A DNA stretch of 64,000 nt, taken from a virus. Shown piece by piece: positions 1 through 9,164 of the stretch. The stretch's first letter is position 1. The number at the start of each line of letters is the position of its first letter. Position numbers and translations under genes: made by a program. The notes beneath the pieces are model-generated. The model did not search any database. It was not told the origin of the DNA and was given only the letters and a program-made list of their open reading frames with translations. The stretch lies in the UHGV virus genome UHGV-1378817, one strand, 5' to 3'.

Positions 1-1202
1 AAGGTCCCTAAGAAACCTTCTCTGTGGATGCCTTGGAAATAAACACTTTCTGTCCAGCTAACTGGCAGGCGTTGCTCAACATATTTAGCTGTAGCAAGAG
101 CTTGATAGTGGATAAAATTTGCCCTAGGGCTATTGTTTGCAGATTGTGCACCAATATCATTACACAAGTTGCGAGAGAATCCACGATACTGCTTAGTGCC
201 ATTGTTGAAGAAAATGCCACTTGTGCCGTACCCACGAGCCATTATTACCTCATGGGTGTAGGTGATATTTAAGGAACGCCATGTGTCATCTCCCCAGACG
301 TCTTGCCCGTAGAATACGTTAACAAGCTGCTGGTCATTGGGTGTGTGCATCCTCTGTGTGGCAATTATTGCCCCGTTAGGACCGCACATAAACCCTTTCC
401 ACTCCTCATCTGCAGGAATGCCTCTCAAATCGTTACGAGTAATCTGCACAGGAGGCCAAACAAGGTCGTTTCTACTGTTATTTCTCAGAAAGTCGTATCC
501 AGCAATCCAGAAACCTCTAGGACCACCGAAAATAACAGAGTTGTCATGAACTTCACAATTAATTCTTGGATTTTTCCAAGGACCTGTCTCTGGACTTTCA
601 GATGTTTCACCGATCTTTACAGGGGTTGCATGCTGATTTTTATCTACATGCAAAGATCCGTAGGTGTTGTTACCAGATCCATACAGGTTCAGTATGCCAG
701 TGCCTTCTGCTTCTGCAATAACCCAGACCGTGTTGTTAATACCTCCCATCACCTCAATAAGGCGCTCTGGGTGGGTGTCAAGGTGCAACCCTTTAACGAT
801 CTGTTCAGGAAGAGGTGTCCACTCTCTTACACAAACATCATTACCGCCTGCAGCATCAGACCCAATAAGCCCTGCCGTGCAGCCGATGTAGAAAAACTGG
901 TTATCAAAAGTTCGGATCACAAACGCACGGTCTGCTCTCCACACATGATCAACGTTCCAGGCAGCCTCGTTGGGATAGTTTATCGTGTCAAGATCCCCAG
1001 TGCGGCACTCTCCGAACCTGTTATAGCCCGTGATATTAAGTTGACCATCATCAAAGAGTATAGCTAAGCTATTTACATAGGATACTGTGTTGCTTGTACC
1101 ATCACTGTTGTCTATTGGGTATGACAGAACAGCAAGTTCCTTAATTCCACCCCTCTTATCGAGGAAATGACGACCAAGTTTTAGCAAAGGGATTGGAAGC
1201 AT
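1..1202 (-). CDS. tail fibre/spike-like structural protein, partial (C-terminal part runs off the window edge)
   Basis: Minus-strand frame is open from ATG (plus 1200-1202) to position 1 with no stop, checked codon by codon; GGAGA 7 nt upstream of ATG; absent from ORF track because it has no in-window stop; lies at distal end of the fibre cluster. Confidence 0.4.
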   Translation of the reverse strand, partial: MLPIPLLKLGRHFLDKRGGIKELAVLSYPIDNSDGTSNTVSYVNSLAILFDDGQLNITGYNRFGECRTGDLDTINYPNEAAWNVDHVWRADRAFVIRTFDNQFFYIGCTAGLIGSDAAGGNDVCVREWTPLPEQIVKGLHLDTHPERLIEVMGGINNTVWVIAEAEGTGILNLYGSGNNTYGSLHVDKNQHATPVKIGETSESPETGPWKNPRINCEVHDNSVIFGGPRGFWIAGYDFLRNNSRNDLVWPPVQITRNDLRGIPADEEWKGFMCGPNGAIIATQRMHTPNDQQLVNVFYGQDVWGDDTWRSLNITYTHEVIMARGYGTSGIFFNNGTKQYRGFSRNLCNDIGAQSANNSPRANFIHYQALATAKYVEQRLPVSWTESVYFQGIHREGFLGT

Positions 1203-1220
1203 TGTGTTCTCCAGATAAGA

Positions 1221-1246
1221 AAACCGCCCCGTCAGGAGCGGTTAGA
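1221..1246 (-). terminator. candidate intrinsic terminator
   Basis: On minus transcript: stem AACCGCUCC / GGGGCGGUU with UGAC loop, followed by U-rich UUUUCUUAU; sits between stop of 1251..2996 and next start. Confidence 0.35.
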
Positions 1247-1250
1247 TATA

Positions 1251-2996
1251 TTAACGTTGTGCAATTACCACGTCTACGATATCACCAACACCGCAATACG
1301 TTAATTGCAGCAAGGTAACACTGTTAGCCTTGTTGTTAATAACAGGTGTTGCCGACAGGATAGCATACTTATCGTGCAAAGTCACGTTGTGACCTACAGC
1401 ATCCTGAATGACATAGATAACTGCAGTGAATGGATAAGGTTTATCTTCCGCTGATGTACCAGGCCATTGCCCTATTGTAAAATCCCCTTTCGCGTGAACA
1501 ACATACATGCTGGCCTGCCCGTTAGGTGTCCATGTCCCACTGGACGCGTCAACCTCCTCTAAATCAAAATCTACCTTTCCTGCGTGGAAAGTAGGGGCAG
1601 TAATGGTTTTACCCGCCTCAATTTCTTGAGAGGTGGTTATCTTACCACTGGAGTTAATGCCATTACAAACAAAGTTGACATTAGAGAAGTCTGGCAGCCA
1701 CCCAGTCACTGTGCCGGATATTTCAAGGTTGTGAAGGTAGGTGGTGCCCGTCCCTGCTGCGTTTAAACTAACATCTCCATTTACCTGCAAGTTTCTGGTA
1801 ACGTTGCAGTTTTCAGAGTTTGCAGTTGTTGCAGTTAAAGTAGTGGTTGTCAGCTCGGTAATTACACCTTTGTTGGCTGTAAGCCCTTCCCCTTCAAAAG
1901 TTGCACGCTCATTGACTCTTAGGGTATTCAGAGCTATGTTTTGGATAGAGGCTGTACCTCGAATAACTACAGATCCGCCAACTTCTAAATCACCATTTAT
2001 TAATGCGTCCCCCGTACTTTCAATATAGCTAGGGTAGATCATGGTGCCATCGACAGAGTAGGTTATCCCTGTAACAGTGCCTGTCACCTCAAGGTTCTTA
2101 ACCCTGGTGGTTCCATCTACCTGCAATGTCGGTTCGGTTGCTGCCTTCATGGCATTACCACGAATGTACACGTAGTCAAAAAAGTTATTACCTAGACCAT
2201 CAAAATGCACATCGTTATTATTAGCCACTGGTTTCCCAGAAGTTATAGTGTCAGCTATAACCCTGTGGGTGGACACTTCATGAGGTTGCAGCTCTGTGCT
2301 TCTCCAGTCTGCATGTTTAGGATCGCTCCACGCAAAAGTAAGTGTAGAAGTATTTGCCGTGAGGATTAGGTTCCTGAAGCGTGCAGTAGAATCTGCTCCA
2401 TTAACAGGCCCATGTAAGGTGAGTGTGCCCCCAACTATGGTGTTAGCAAGTTCTGTAAGACCTTTTACCACCAAAGACCCTACAGTAACTTTCATTCCCT
2501 CCATGGCTTCAAATATGCTATCCACATAGTCAACAACAAACTCTGTGTTTGCTATAGACTCAGACTTATCGTCCATTGGAGGCGTAGGTACTCGCGGGTC
2601 ACCTTCGAACCTCGGGCTGTTAAGTTTTGCGTAGTATTTTGCCATTACTGCAGAATCGGTATATAATCTCCAGTTTGGAGATTGTGAAGGATCTGCTGGC
2701 ATTCTAACAGGGTTAGATTTTGATGCTGCGGGAGCGTACCACCACTGAGGACCTGTGTCCCCTTTAAACTCGTACAGCTGGTTAAAAACTGTTGTGGATG
2801 CGCCATACGCCCAAGGGATCGGTGGCGTTTTAAAATAAAGGTTGTCAAGCATGGCTTTTCGTACCGTAGGGATGGTGGTCCCATCCTCTACGACAACTTC
2901 ATCCACAGCGTTACCGTTGACAACCAAGTGCAAACGTTCAGAATCAACAATTACTTGATCTACCGCCTGCTCAAAGCTTGTCATGTCTTGCGCCAT
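1251..2996 (-). CDS. tail fibre / tailspike protein (581 aa)
   Basis: Long ORF in fibre cluster; Gly/Thr/Asn-rich repetitive beta-type sequence (e.g. TGTVTGITYSVDG, GDLEVGGSVVIRG) typical of fibre/spike shafts. Confidence 0.55.
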   Translation of the reverse strand: MAQDMTSFEQAVDQVIVDSERLHLVVNGNAVDEVVVEDGTTIPTVRKAMLDNLYFKTPPIPWAYGASTTVFNQLYEFKGDTGPQWWYAPAASKSNPVRMPADPSQSPNWRLYTDSAVMAKYYAKLNSPRFEGDPRVPTPPMDDKSESIANTEFVVDYVDSIFEAMEGMKVTVGSLVVKGLTELANTIVGGTLTLHGPVNGADSTARFRNLILTANTSTLTFAWSDPKHADWRSTELQPHEVSTHRVIADTITSGKPVANNNDVHFDGLGNNFFDYVYIRGNAMKAATEPTLQVDGTTRVKNLEVTGTVTGITYSVDGTMIYPSYIESTGDALINGDLEVGGSVVIRGTASIQNIALNTLRVNERATFEGEGLTANKGVITELTTTTLTATTANSENCNVTRNLQVNGDVSLNAAGTGTTYLHNLEISGTVTGWLPDFSNVNFVCNGINSSGKITTSQEIEAGKTITAPTFHAGKVDFDLEEVDASSGTWTPNGQASMYVVHAKGDFTIGQWPGTSAEDKPYPFTAVIYVIQDAVGHNVTLHDKYAILSATPVINNKANSVTLLQLTYCGVGDIVDVVIAQR

Positions 2997-3005
2997 GATT
3001 TCTCC

Positions 3006-3272
3006 TTAAGCTTTTTGCTCTTCGTTTTTAACGTGGTCAGGGTGCTGGCAACCCCACCGGAGCGAGATGAATTTGCTAATAAGCTGGGGGCAAGCTACTG
3101 AAGGTGCATATATCCACGCATACCATTCGGGAAGCGTATCATTGTACCCCATATGAATAAACACCCCAGTCATCACCGCCATGCCTATGTTCGACCATAG
3201 CTTAGATTGGGACACTTTCGTAGGGTCATCAGATGCCGCAACCAGCCCCCATAAAAACTGAGTTAGTTTCAT
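3006..3272 (-). CDS. hypothetical small protein (88 aa) with one hydrophobic segment
   Basis: ORF tightly packed between two fibre genes; hydrophobic stretch WSNIGMAVMTGVFIHMGY; no recognisable motif. Confidence 0.35.
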   Translation of the reverse strand: MKLTQFLWGLVAASDDPTKVSQSKLWSNIGMAVMTGVFIHMGYNDTLPEWYAWIYAPSVACPQLISKFISLRWGCQHPDHVKNEEQKA

Positions 3273-3283
3273 TTACCCTCTTT

Positions 3284-4327
3284 TTAAGCATAAGATATAG
3301 TGATCCATTGACCATTTACAAGTTTTTGGATAGCACCTGTCCAGTAATCACCTTGATAAGGGTGTTTATAAGCGTAGTTACCAGAGCACATCACATGTCC
3401 AGGGTAGACTCTTGACTCTCTGTAGGTGGTTTTGAAACGATTTGCTATCCTTACATCATCAACCCCTCTACTGGGCATAGGGATAGTAAGGTTACCACTA
3501 CCGTCTGCGCTGTTACCATTTACCCTGCGGACCACGTTTCTTCCACCAACTGTTGCATATTGGCCCCTAACGGTTTCATCGTTACAATCAACTCTTTCAC
3601 CTATTTGAGCGCTTCCGCAGGATTGTTGTCCGTTGACAGTTGCTCTTGGTATCGTGACCGCATTGGCATTTGCAGAGGAACTTTTTGCATCATTGCATTC
3701 AAGATTTCCTTGGATAGCCAGTCTTGCACGGTTGGCAGTTATAGCATTGAGCTTCATAGCCGAAAACACAGGCTGCCCACCAGAAGGTTGAAATCTCCAA
3801 CGGAACCCGTCTATTTGGTGAGAAGGATCATCAAGATCTGTGCCGTCAGCACCACCGATGTTGTCCATAATCCAGAAATCCATTGTCGTCTTGTCTGGAG
3901 TTATGGTGGTATATATTGCCGCACTATCTGTTGACGCAGATGCAAACTCGATTCTTTGAAGACCTAAAGTTTGAGTCTGAGTCATTATGTCTCCAGACTT
4001 GTCAACATATAGATCGTCCATTTCTTCAGGCGAGTATACATTGAGAACTTGACGTGCAGCAGCTTTGTCTGGAACGTCTGCTAGATTATTAGTGACCCTT
4101 AAGAATCTATTATCCCATCCTGGGACAACATCTTCTGTTAGATGCTTTAACCACGCAGAAAGCATGTGAAGTTCAAAGTTAACAACTTCACATGCCATTC
4201 TTTGTGTCATATCCCAACCTTTCAATCTCTCTTCTTTTTTTGGTTGAGACTTATTCAACTCTCCCGTATTTTCAAGCACAACATCCTGATTGGCCCAAAT
4301 ATCAAGAGGGATAACTGGTTTAGTCAT
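3284..4327 (-). CDS. tail fibre protein, paralog A
   Basis: N-terminus (PLDIWA..QDVVL.NT....GWD) and C-terminus (QKLVNGQWITISYA) match 5342..6382; GDIMTQTQTLGLQRIEF resembles the GDTMTG motif of phage fibres; start taken at ATG 4327 (AGGAGA 5 nt upstream) rather than GTG 4330. Confidence 0.7.
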   Translation of the reverse strand: MTKPVIPLDIWANQDVVLENTGELNKSQPKKEERLKGWDMTQRMACEVVNFELHMLSAWLKHLTEDVVPGWDNRFLRVTNNLADVPDKAAARQVLNVYSPEEMDDLYVDKSGDIMTQTQTLGLQRIEFASASTDSAAIYTTITPDKTTMDFWIMDNIGGADGTDLDDPSHQIDGFRWRFQPSGGQPVFSAMKLNAITANRARLAIQGNLECNDAKSSSANANAVTIPRATVNGQQSCGSAQIGERVDCNDETVRGQYATVGGRNVVRRVNGNSADGSGNLTIPMPSRGVDDVRIANRFKTTYRESRVYPGHVMCSGNYAYKHPYQGDYWTGAIQKLVNGQWITISYA

Positions 4328-4357
4328 CACGTTCTCCTGAGAAAATTCCTTAGGACT

Positions 4358-4389
4358 ATTTTAACACTTTAGAGAACAAAATGCAAGAA
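4358..4389 (-). promoter_or_regulatory. candidate promoter (TTGCAT-17-TGt-TAAAAT, extended -10) for fibre paralog A
   Basis: Minus strand: -35 TTGCAT (plus 4381-4386), 17-nt spacer, TGT then TAAAAT (plus 4358-4363); about 30 nt upstream of the ATG. Confidence 0.35.
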
Positions 4390-4406
4390 CGGAGTCCTTT
4401 CCGTTC
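4371..4406 (-). terminator. candidate intrinsic terminator downstream of 4417..4731
   Basis: Minus transcript hairpin GAACGGA-AAGGACU-CCGUUC followed by UUGCAUUUUGUUCUCU. Confidence 0.4.
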
Positions 4407-4416
4407 TGACCTTTGT

Positions 4417-4731
4417 TTACCTTTTACTATGCTCTACGAGCATGTGCAAAATCTTTTGTACATCAGCTCGGATACCGGAAACATCTGTCCTGACATCCTG
4501 CTTAAGGTCGTTAATATCGGCCTCTAGCTTGCTTAACCGGGTCTCGATAACGGAATCAAGTCTATCTTTTGTAACCATACTGTTTTTCACTAAGATGAGG
4601 TCTTTCTCCAGCTCATCCAACCTCTTGGAAATGCCTTTCCATTTGGTGTGCCACTGGTTGAAAGCCCATACACAGATCGGGACAACGGTACCCATGCAGA
4701 TACCGTACAATGCCGCCAAATCCAACTCCAC
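4417..4731 (-). CDS. membrane-anchored coiled-coil protein (104 aa), function unknown
   Basis: N-terminal hydrophobic helix (LYGICMGTVVPICVWAF) followed by heptad-rich charged region (ELEKDLILVKNSMV..LSKLEADINDLKQDV). Confidence 0.5.
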   Translation of the reverse strand: MELDLAALYGICMGTVVPICVWAFNQWHTKWKGISKRLDELEKDLILVKNSMVTKDRLDSVIETRLSKLEADINDLKQDVRTDVSGIRADVQKILHMLVEHSKR

Positions 4732-4742
4732 AACACCTCCTC

Positions 4743-5327
4743 TTAGAGGGTAGGTCGCTCCGGGAAGAAAATGTCAGGGGCTTTAGATGTATCTATTTCA
4801 AGAAGTTTTACCCTGTACATTTTCAAATCTCTGATGTTACGTTTCTGGTCATCAGTAAGATCATATTCAAGGTCAATCATGTCTTGATAGGCACCAATTC
4901 TAGCAGTAGCCCAAGCAAGTTCTGTCTCTATGACACCCTCTGCCTGTTGAACAAAGAATTCATTGTCTGTGACAAATTCATCACCAACTAAACGCAAAGC
5001 GTCGTGGTGAAGCATAATGTTTTCTGGTACCTCTTCTTTTTTGGCGATAACCACACGAAGACCTGGAGCAGGCCATAAGGCATCAGGTTCTTCTGTAGAT
5101 GTCTTAAGAATTCCCTTTTCGTCAACAAGTAGGAAGATACAACCCGGATTTTCTTGTCGTAATGTTCGTGACTGCACATACCAATCGCCATCATCATTAC
5201 GTAAAAAATACCCAGTGTATGCGGTGTAATCCTCAACCTCTTGAGGGGTCAGCTCTTTGGTTTCCTTGTTGGCGTGGTATTCGCCAGATCCCGGTTGGTA
5301 AAGTTTAAACTCTTGAAGTATTTTCAT
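4743..5327 (-). CDS. tail fibre assembly protein (Tfa-type chaperone)
   Basis: C-terminal region MYRVKLLEIDTSKAPDIFFPERP matches the conserved C-terminal block I recall for Caudovirales tail-fibre assembly proteins; located immediately downstream of fibre gene 5342..6382. Confidence 0.6.
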   Translation of the reverse strand: MKILQEFKLYQPGSGEYHANKETKELTPQEVEDYTAYTGYFLRNDDGDWYVQSRTLRQENPGCIFLLVDEKGILKTSTEEPDALWPAPGLRVVIAKKEEVPENIMLHHDALRLVGDEFVTDNEFFVQQAEGVIETELAWATARIGAYQDMIDLEYDLTDDQKRNIRDLKMYRVKLLEIDTSKAPDIFFPERPTL

Positions 5328-5341
5328 GCTAGTCCTCCGAT

Positions 5342-6382
5342 CTATGCATAATTAACAGTGATCCATTGACCGTTTACAAGTTTTTGTAAAGGTCCTGCCC
5401 AGTAAGTTGAACCACGCATCTCTTTTTTGTCACCGAAATGCCAGCCTGTGACAACGTAGCCGTTGCGGATTGGAGATTCAGAAACGCCGTCCACAAGTCT
5501 TGCACCGATTCTGATGTCTTGCACACCTGTCTGTGGGATAGTGATCGTTACATCACCGTTACCGTTAGCCGTCACCCCGTTCACAGAGCGAACCACATTT
5601 CTGTTACCGACAACACAGTGCTGGCTTCTTACAACCATACTGTCACAACTTGCACCACCATTAACATATACTGACCCAGCCGTCAACTGACTAGCCACAT
5701 TACAGTTGGTGAATGTTGCGGTATTGCTGATAGTAAGGTTATTGCACCTCATGTTATCGACAACTTCAACATTGCCTACCACTTTCAACAGCGCACGGTT
5801 AGCCGTGATCGCGTTAAGGTACATCAAAGTGAACTCCGGATTAATATCCGGCTGAGTTGGCTGGAATCTCCAACGAAACGCATCTATTGTAGATGTGCCA
5901 CCATCATCAAACGCCCCAATATTATCACTTAACCCAAAGTCGAGAGTTGTCTTATCTGGGCCAATGGTTGTCTCTATCCAAGCCTTATCTGTCTCGGCAG
6001 CTTTAAAGTTGATACGTTGCAAACCCAATGGGCCTGTCATTGTATCACCTGTAACTTTTACATACCTGGCGTCTGCCTCTTCCTTAGTAATAATCCCAAG
6101 GTTTCTACGGGCAACAGGGATGTTCAAAAGATCACTCAAGTTATTATCACGTACCAGATAACGACCTTCTTGAGCGGGGATCTGCTCGTCAGCAATGTAT
6201 TTTGCCCAAGTCCCGAGCATATTGAAAATATAGTTAAGCTCTTCGCACGAGGGCTTTTGACCAAGATCCCAACCTTTTCTCCACAAATCATCAATCGGGC
6301 GTAGCCTGTTCTGTCTGTGGGTGTTAGGCAGAACCTGATCCTCCTCTGCCCAAATCTCTAATGGAAAACTAGGTTTTGACAT
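5342..6382 (-). CDS. tail fibre protein, paralog B
   Basis: Shares N- and C-terminal blocks with 3284..4327 (PLEIWA..QVLPNT....GWD ... LQKLVNGQWITVNYA); contains GDTMTGPLGLQRINF. Confidence 0.7.
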   Translation of the reverse strand: MSKPSFPLEIWAEEDQVLPNTHRQNRLRPIDDLWRKGWDLGQKPSCEELNYIFNMLGTWAKYIADEQIPAQEGRYLVRDNNLSDLLNIPVARRNLGIITKEEADARYVKVTGDTMTGPLGLQRINFKAAETDKAWIETTIGPDKTTLDFGLSDNIGAFDDGGTSTIDAFRWRFQPTQPDINPEFTLMYLNAITANRALLKVVGNVEVVDNMRCNNLTISNTATFTNCNVASQLTAGSVYVNGGASCDSMVVRSQHCVVGNRNVVRSVNGVTANGNGDVTITIPQTGVQDIRIGARLVDGVSESPIRNGYVVTGWHFGDKKEMRGSTYWAGPLQKLVNGQWITVNYA

Positions 6383-6394
6383 TTTATCTCCTGA

Positions 6395-8467
6395 TTATGA
6401 GAAGTCTGGCGGGACAACATCTTCTACATACCCTTTCAAAGCAACCTGCCCCATATGAAGCACGGTAGAATCTCTAGCGGTAACAGTGATGCTGTCGGAC
6501 ATTACTTGCGGGTATGCCCACACATACTGTTTTACCTCAGGGTATCTATACTCTATAGTTGCCATGTTTCCGCAAATACATCTCCATAAAAATTCTTGGT
6601 AATTCCTAGTTGGGTCGTAGCCATATACCGGAGCAAGCTCTTTACTAGGAACGAACCCTGCAAGGTATTGTATTTCGGACGGTTGCCAACCTAACTTAAC
6701 GATAGGTATGTTTACAGACTCTTTTGCCTTTTCAATACCTCCCTGCATCACCCAATCGTAGCACTCGGTGCAGAAGAAATCAAGAGCACCTGCTTCCTTT
6801 TTATATTGGTCAGCAAGGTTCAGCTTTTGTGTAAGCTCAGTTTCCATAATGGTTGGGAAAAACAGCAAAGCTGTCATCTGAGCTGATGCAGCGTGTGCCT
6901 TTATTGCCTTTGAAATAGCCGCAATACGAGCGCCAAGCTTACCACGACAAAATGCTACATACTTGTCGTAAACACCACCAGTTTTAGGATCGTCAATAGT
7001 CCCAATATCTAATGCATACTCACCTGTCTCATCATAAAACGCCTGCTTTGTAGGGTAATCATAAATACAAGGTCTACGAGTATCGGTATTGTACCACCAC
7101 CACGGTTCACCAACCTGCATAATCACTGGCAGGTTGTTTCTCATAGCGGCTGATGCAAAATTCTTAAATACTGCAGTAAGGAAATTCATACCCTCTTCAA
7201 TGGTTGGGGACAGGAGGTAGCTACAAGGTGTATACCCTGTTTTAGCGTAGTTATCGTTCCAGTCTCTTTGGGTCCATTCCAACGGGCAGGCATCGCTGAA
7301 AAGCTCAAAACTTACAGATTGCATAACGTCGAAGTTATGTCGTTTGGCATTGTACATAAAATCATCATGCCATTTATAAGCTGCAGCGTTTAGAGCCCCT
7401 GTTCTGTTTATAGACCATTGGGTTCCGGACCATGTGTAGTCATAATAATGACTCATACCAACATAATGGTTTATGGTTCCGGTATAGCCCAGACGCTTGA
7501 TATTGTTCAACACCCTTAAAGGAGACACGTTCCACATATCGTCATATGCGGTGCAGATCCCAACGTCGTGCTCTCTCACCTGGATATTGTTAAGTTGCAT
7601 CATTTTCCAGCCTGTGTCTGGCTGAAGCAGATCTAGGCGCAACTCACACTCTACATTTTCCGTTCTCGGGTCTGTGCTGTTACTTACCCAGTCTTTAGGC
7701 ATAAGTGGTATTAAAATCCTTCTCACCTGCCGAGGATCAACACCCATCATGCTGTTATTCTGGTCCATCCCGACGCAGTCCTCAAAATCAATATGAATTT
7801 CTGCAACATTCTTATCCTCTGAGATGCTGACAGCATATTGAGCTAAAGGAACATAGATGATTGTGCCATCAACAAGGTCTACAGTCATAATCATCTTTTC
7901 AGGAGTGGAGAAGTTGCTGGCGTTGGTTATTGACATTCTGAACCAAAGCTTGGTGTTTCTCATCTCATAGTGATCATCAAACCCAATACCGAAATGGTCA
8001 TACTTGTCAACTGTTTCCCAAATGCACCCAGCCATACCTCCATATGTTCTTGACACTAAACGGTTAATACAACAGTTGTTATCTGCAACAATACAGGTAC
8101 TTTCAGTCTGCTGAGTAGTTGTAACCCAATATCTTGGGTGAAACATTCTCTCCTCGACAGTATCCCAAGATATCCTGTCAAGATTCTCATCTGAAACTAT
8201 TGTACATTTCGCCCTTTGTGTCCCAATCATCACCCCTTGAGATTTTGATGAAAACTCCATAAAGAAGCTTCTTGGTAACCTGTTGGGTAATTTGTCAACA
8301 ATTTCCACTGGGATCTCAATACTGGTTGCCCCAATTGGGATAGTTACATCGCCCTCAACATGATTATAATCTCTACCAGGAACGGCAGTATCCTGAACTG
8401 TTCGGTAATGAAACTGTGCAGCCATTGTAGAGTAATCACGGTAAGGTTTAAAAACAGCTGTTGCCAT
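6395..8467 (-). CDS. tail fibre/spike protein (690 aa) with Calx-beta-like N-terminal segment
   Basis: TAVPGRDYNHVEGDVTIPIGATSIEIPVEIVD resembles the Calx-beta pattern; large Trp/Tyr-rich C-terminal region could be enzymatic; position in fibre cluster. Confidence 0.45.
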   Translation of the reverse strand: MATAVFKPYRDYSTMAAQFHYRTVQDTAVPGRDYNHVEGDVTIPIGATSIEIPVEIVDKLPNRLPRSFFMEFSSKSQGVMIGTQRAKCTIVSDENLDRISWDTVEERMFHPRYWVTTTQQTESTCIVADNNCCINRLVSRTYGGMAGCIWETVDKYDHFGIGFDDHYEMRNTKLWFRMSITNASNFSTPEKMIMTVDLVDGTIIYVPLAQYAVSISEDKNVAEIHIDFEDCVGMDQNNSMMGVDPRQVRRILIPLMPKDWVSNSTDPRTENVECELRLDLLQPDTGWKMMQLNNIQVREHDVGICTAYDDMWNVSPLRVLNNIKRLGYTGTINHYVGMSHYYDYTWSGTQWSINRTGALNAAAYKWHDDFMYNAKRHNFDVMQSVSFELFSDACPLEWTQRDWNDNYAKTGYTPCSYLLSPTIEEGMNFLTAVFKNFASAAMRNNLPVIMQVGEPWWWYNTDTRRPCIYDYPTKQAFYDETGEYALDIGTIDDPKTGGVYDKYVAFCRGKLGARIAAISKAIKAHAASAQMTALLFFPTIMETELTQKLNLADQYKKEAGALDFFCTECYDWVMQGGIEKAKESVNIPIVKLGWQPSEIQYLAGFVPSKELAPVYGYDPTRNYQEFLWRCICGNMATIEYRYPEVKQYVWAYPQVMSDSITVTARDSTVLHMGQVALKGYVEDVVPPDFS

Positions 8468-9153
8468 TAACCCTCCTGTCTAGTTGCGTTTACTGTAATA
8501 CTTTCACAATAAATGGTTGTGGTGTCCCAATCAGGTCTTACGTCAGGAACATATAGCAAAGTAGCCAGCCCACCAACTCCGAATTGGTTTTCTTCCCACA
8601 CTGATCCGAAGCCAAGAGCTGTAGAGTCCCCTTCAAAACCAAAAGCTTGCCCTTGCGATTCTGTAAGACGCAAATGACAAGGTAATGGTAGCATATCTAA
8701 GATCTGATCGATAGACTGCAATATGTCAAAGCAAGTTTTTCTAATATTTATGTCAAACCTGAAGTTGTCTCCTTTCCACGTATCGAAATTGTCTCTTCCG
8801 AACAATTGTCGCAAGGTGGAGATGACATCTTCGCGAGTCCCGCCCCTTGATGCTGCAGCCTGCTGAATAATTAGTGTGGCACGAAAATCAGCATCTGAAA
8901 GTCCATTCCTAAGAATACCAAGTTGATTACCAACTTCGTCAAGGTATCTTCCGCTGGCATTGTTAAGCAATCTTCCTTCAGCCAAACCTACCAGCATCTT
9001 ATCAACATCCTCCAACCTTTTAAGGTACACGGTTAAGAATGTGACTAAATTAACCTTCTCAGCCAGAAAATCTCCAGGCAGGTAGTCAAGACCTCCCTGA
9101 ACAAAATCTGGCAGAGTGTGGATGTGGTTAACATCCGACTTAATCTCTGCCAT
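8467..9153 (-). CDS. baseplate/tail structural protein (228 aa)
   Basis: ORF with 1-nt overlap to downstream gene (translational coupling); position between baseplate and fibre genes; no diagnostic motif. Confidence 0.45.
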   Translation of the reverse strand: MAEIKSDVNHIHTLPDFVQGGLDYLPGDFLAEKVNLVTFLTVYLKRLEDVDKMLVGLAEGRLLNNASGRYLDEVGNQLGILRNGLSDADFRATLIIQQAAASRGGTREDVISTLRQLFGRDNFDTWKGDNFRFDINIRKTCFDILQSIDQILDMLPLPCHLRLTESQGQAFGFEGDSTALGFGSVWEENQFGVGGLATLLYVPDVRPDWDTTTIYCESITVNATRQEG

Positions 9154-9164
9154 ATCTCGCCGCC

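Noticed and set aside
303-1067. Plus-strand ORF (254 aa) and other plus-strand track ORFs throughout 1-42 kb
   Set aside because: They lie antisense to long, tightly packed minus-strand structural genes, lack Shine-Dalgarno context and have low-complexity translations; treated as shadow ORFs.
4417-4731. Second i-spanin
   Set aside because: TM + coiled-coil architecture resembles an i-spanin, but there is no overlapping or adjacent lipoprotein partner and a complete spanin pair exists at 41647..42329; left as unknown membrane protein.
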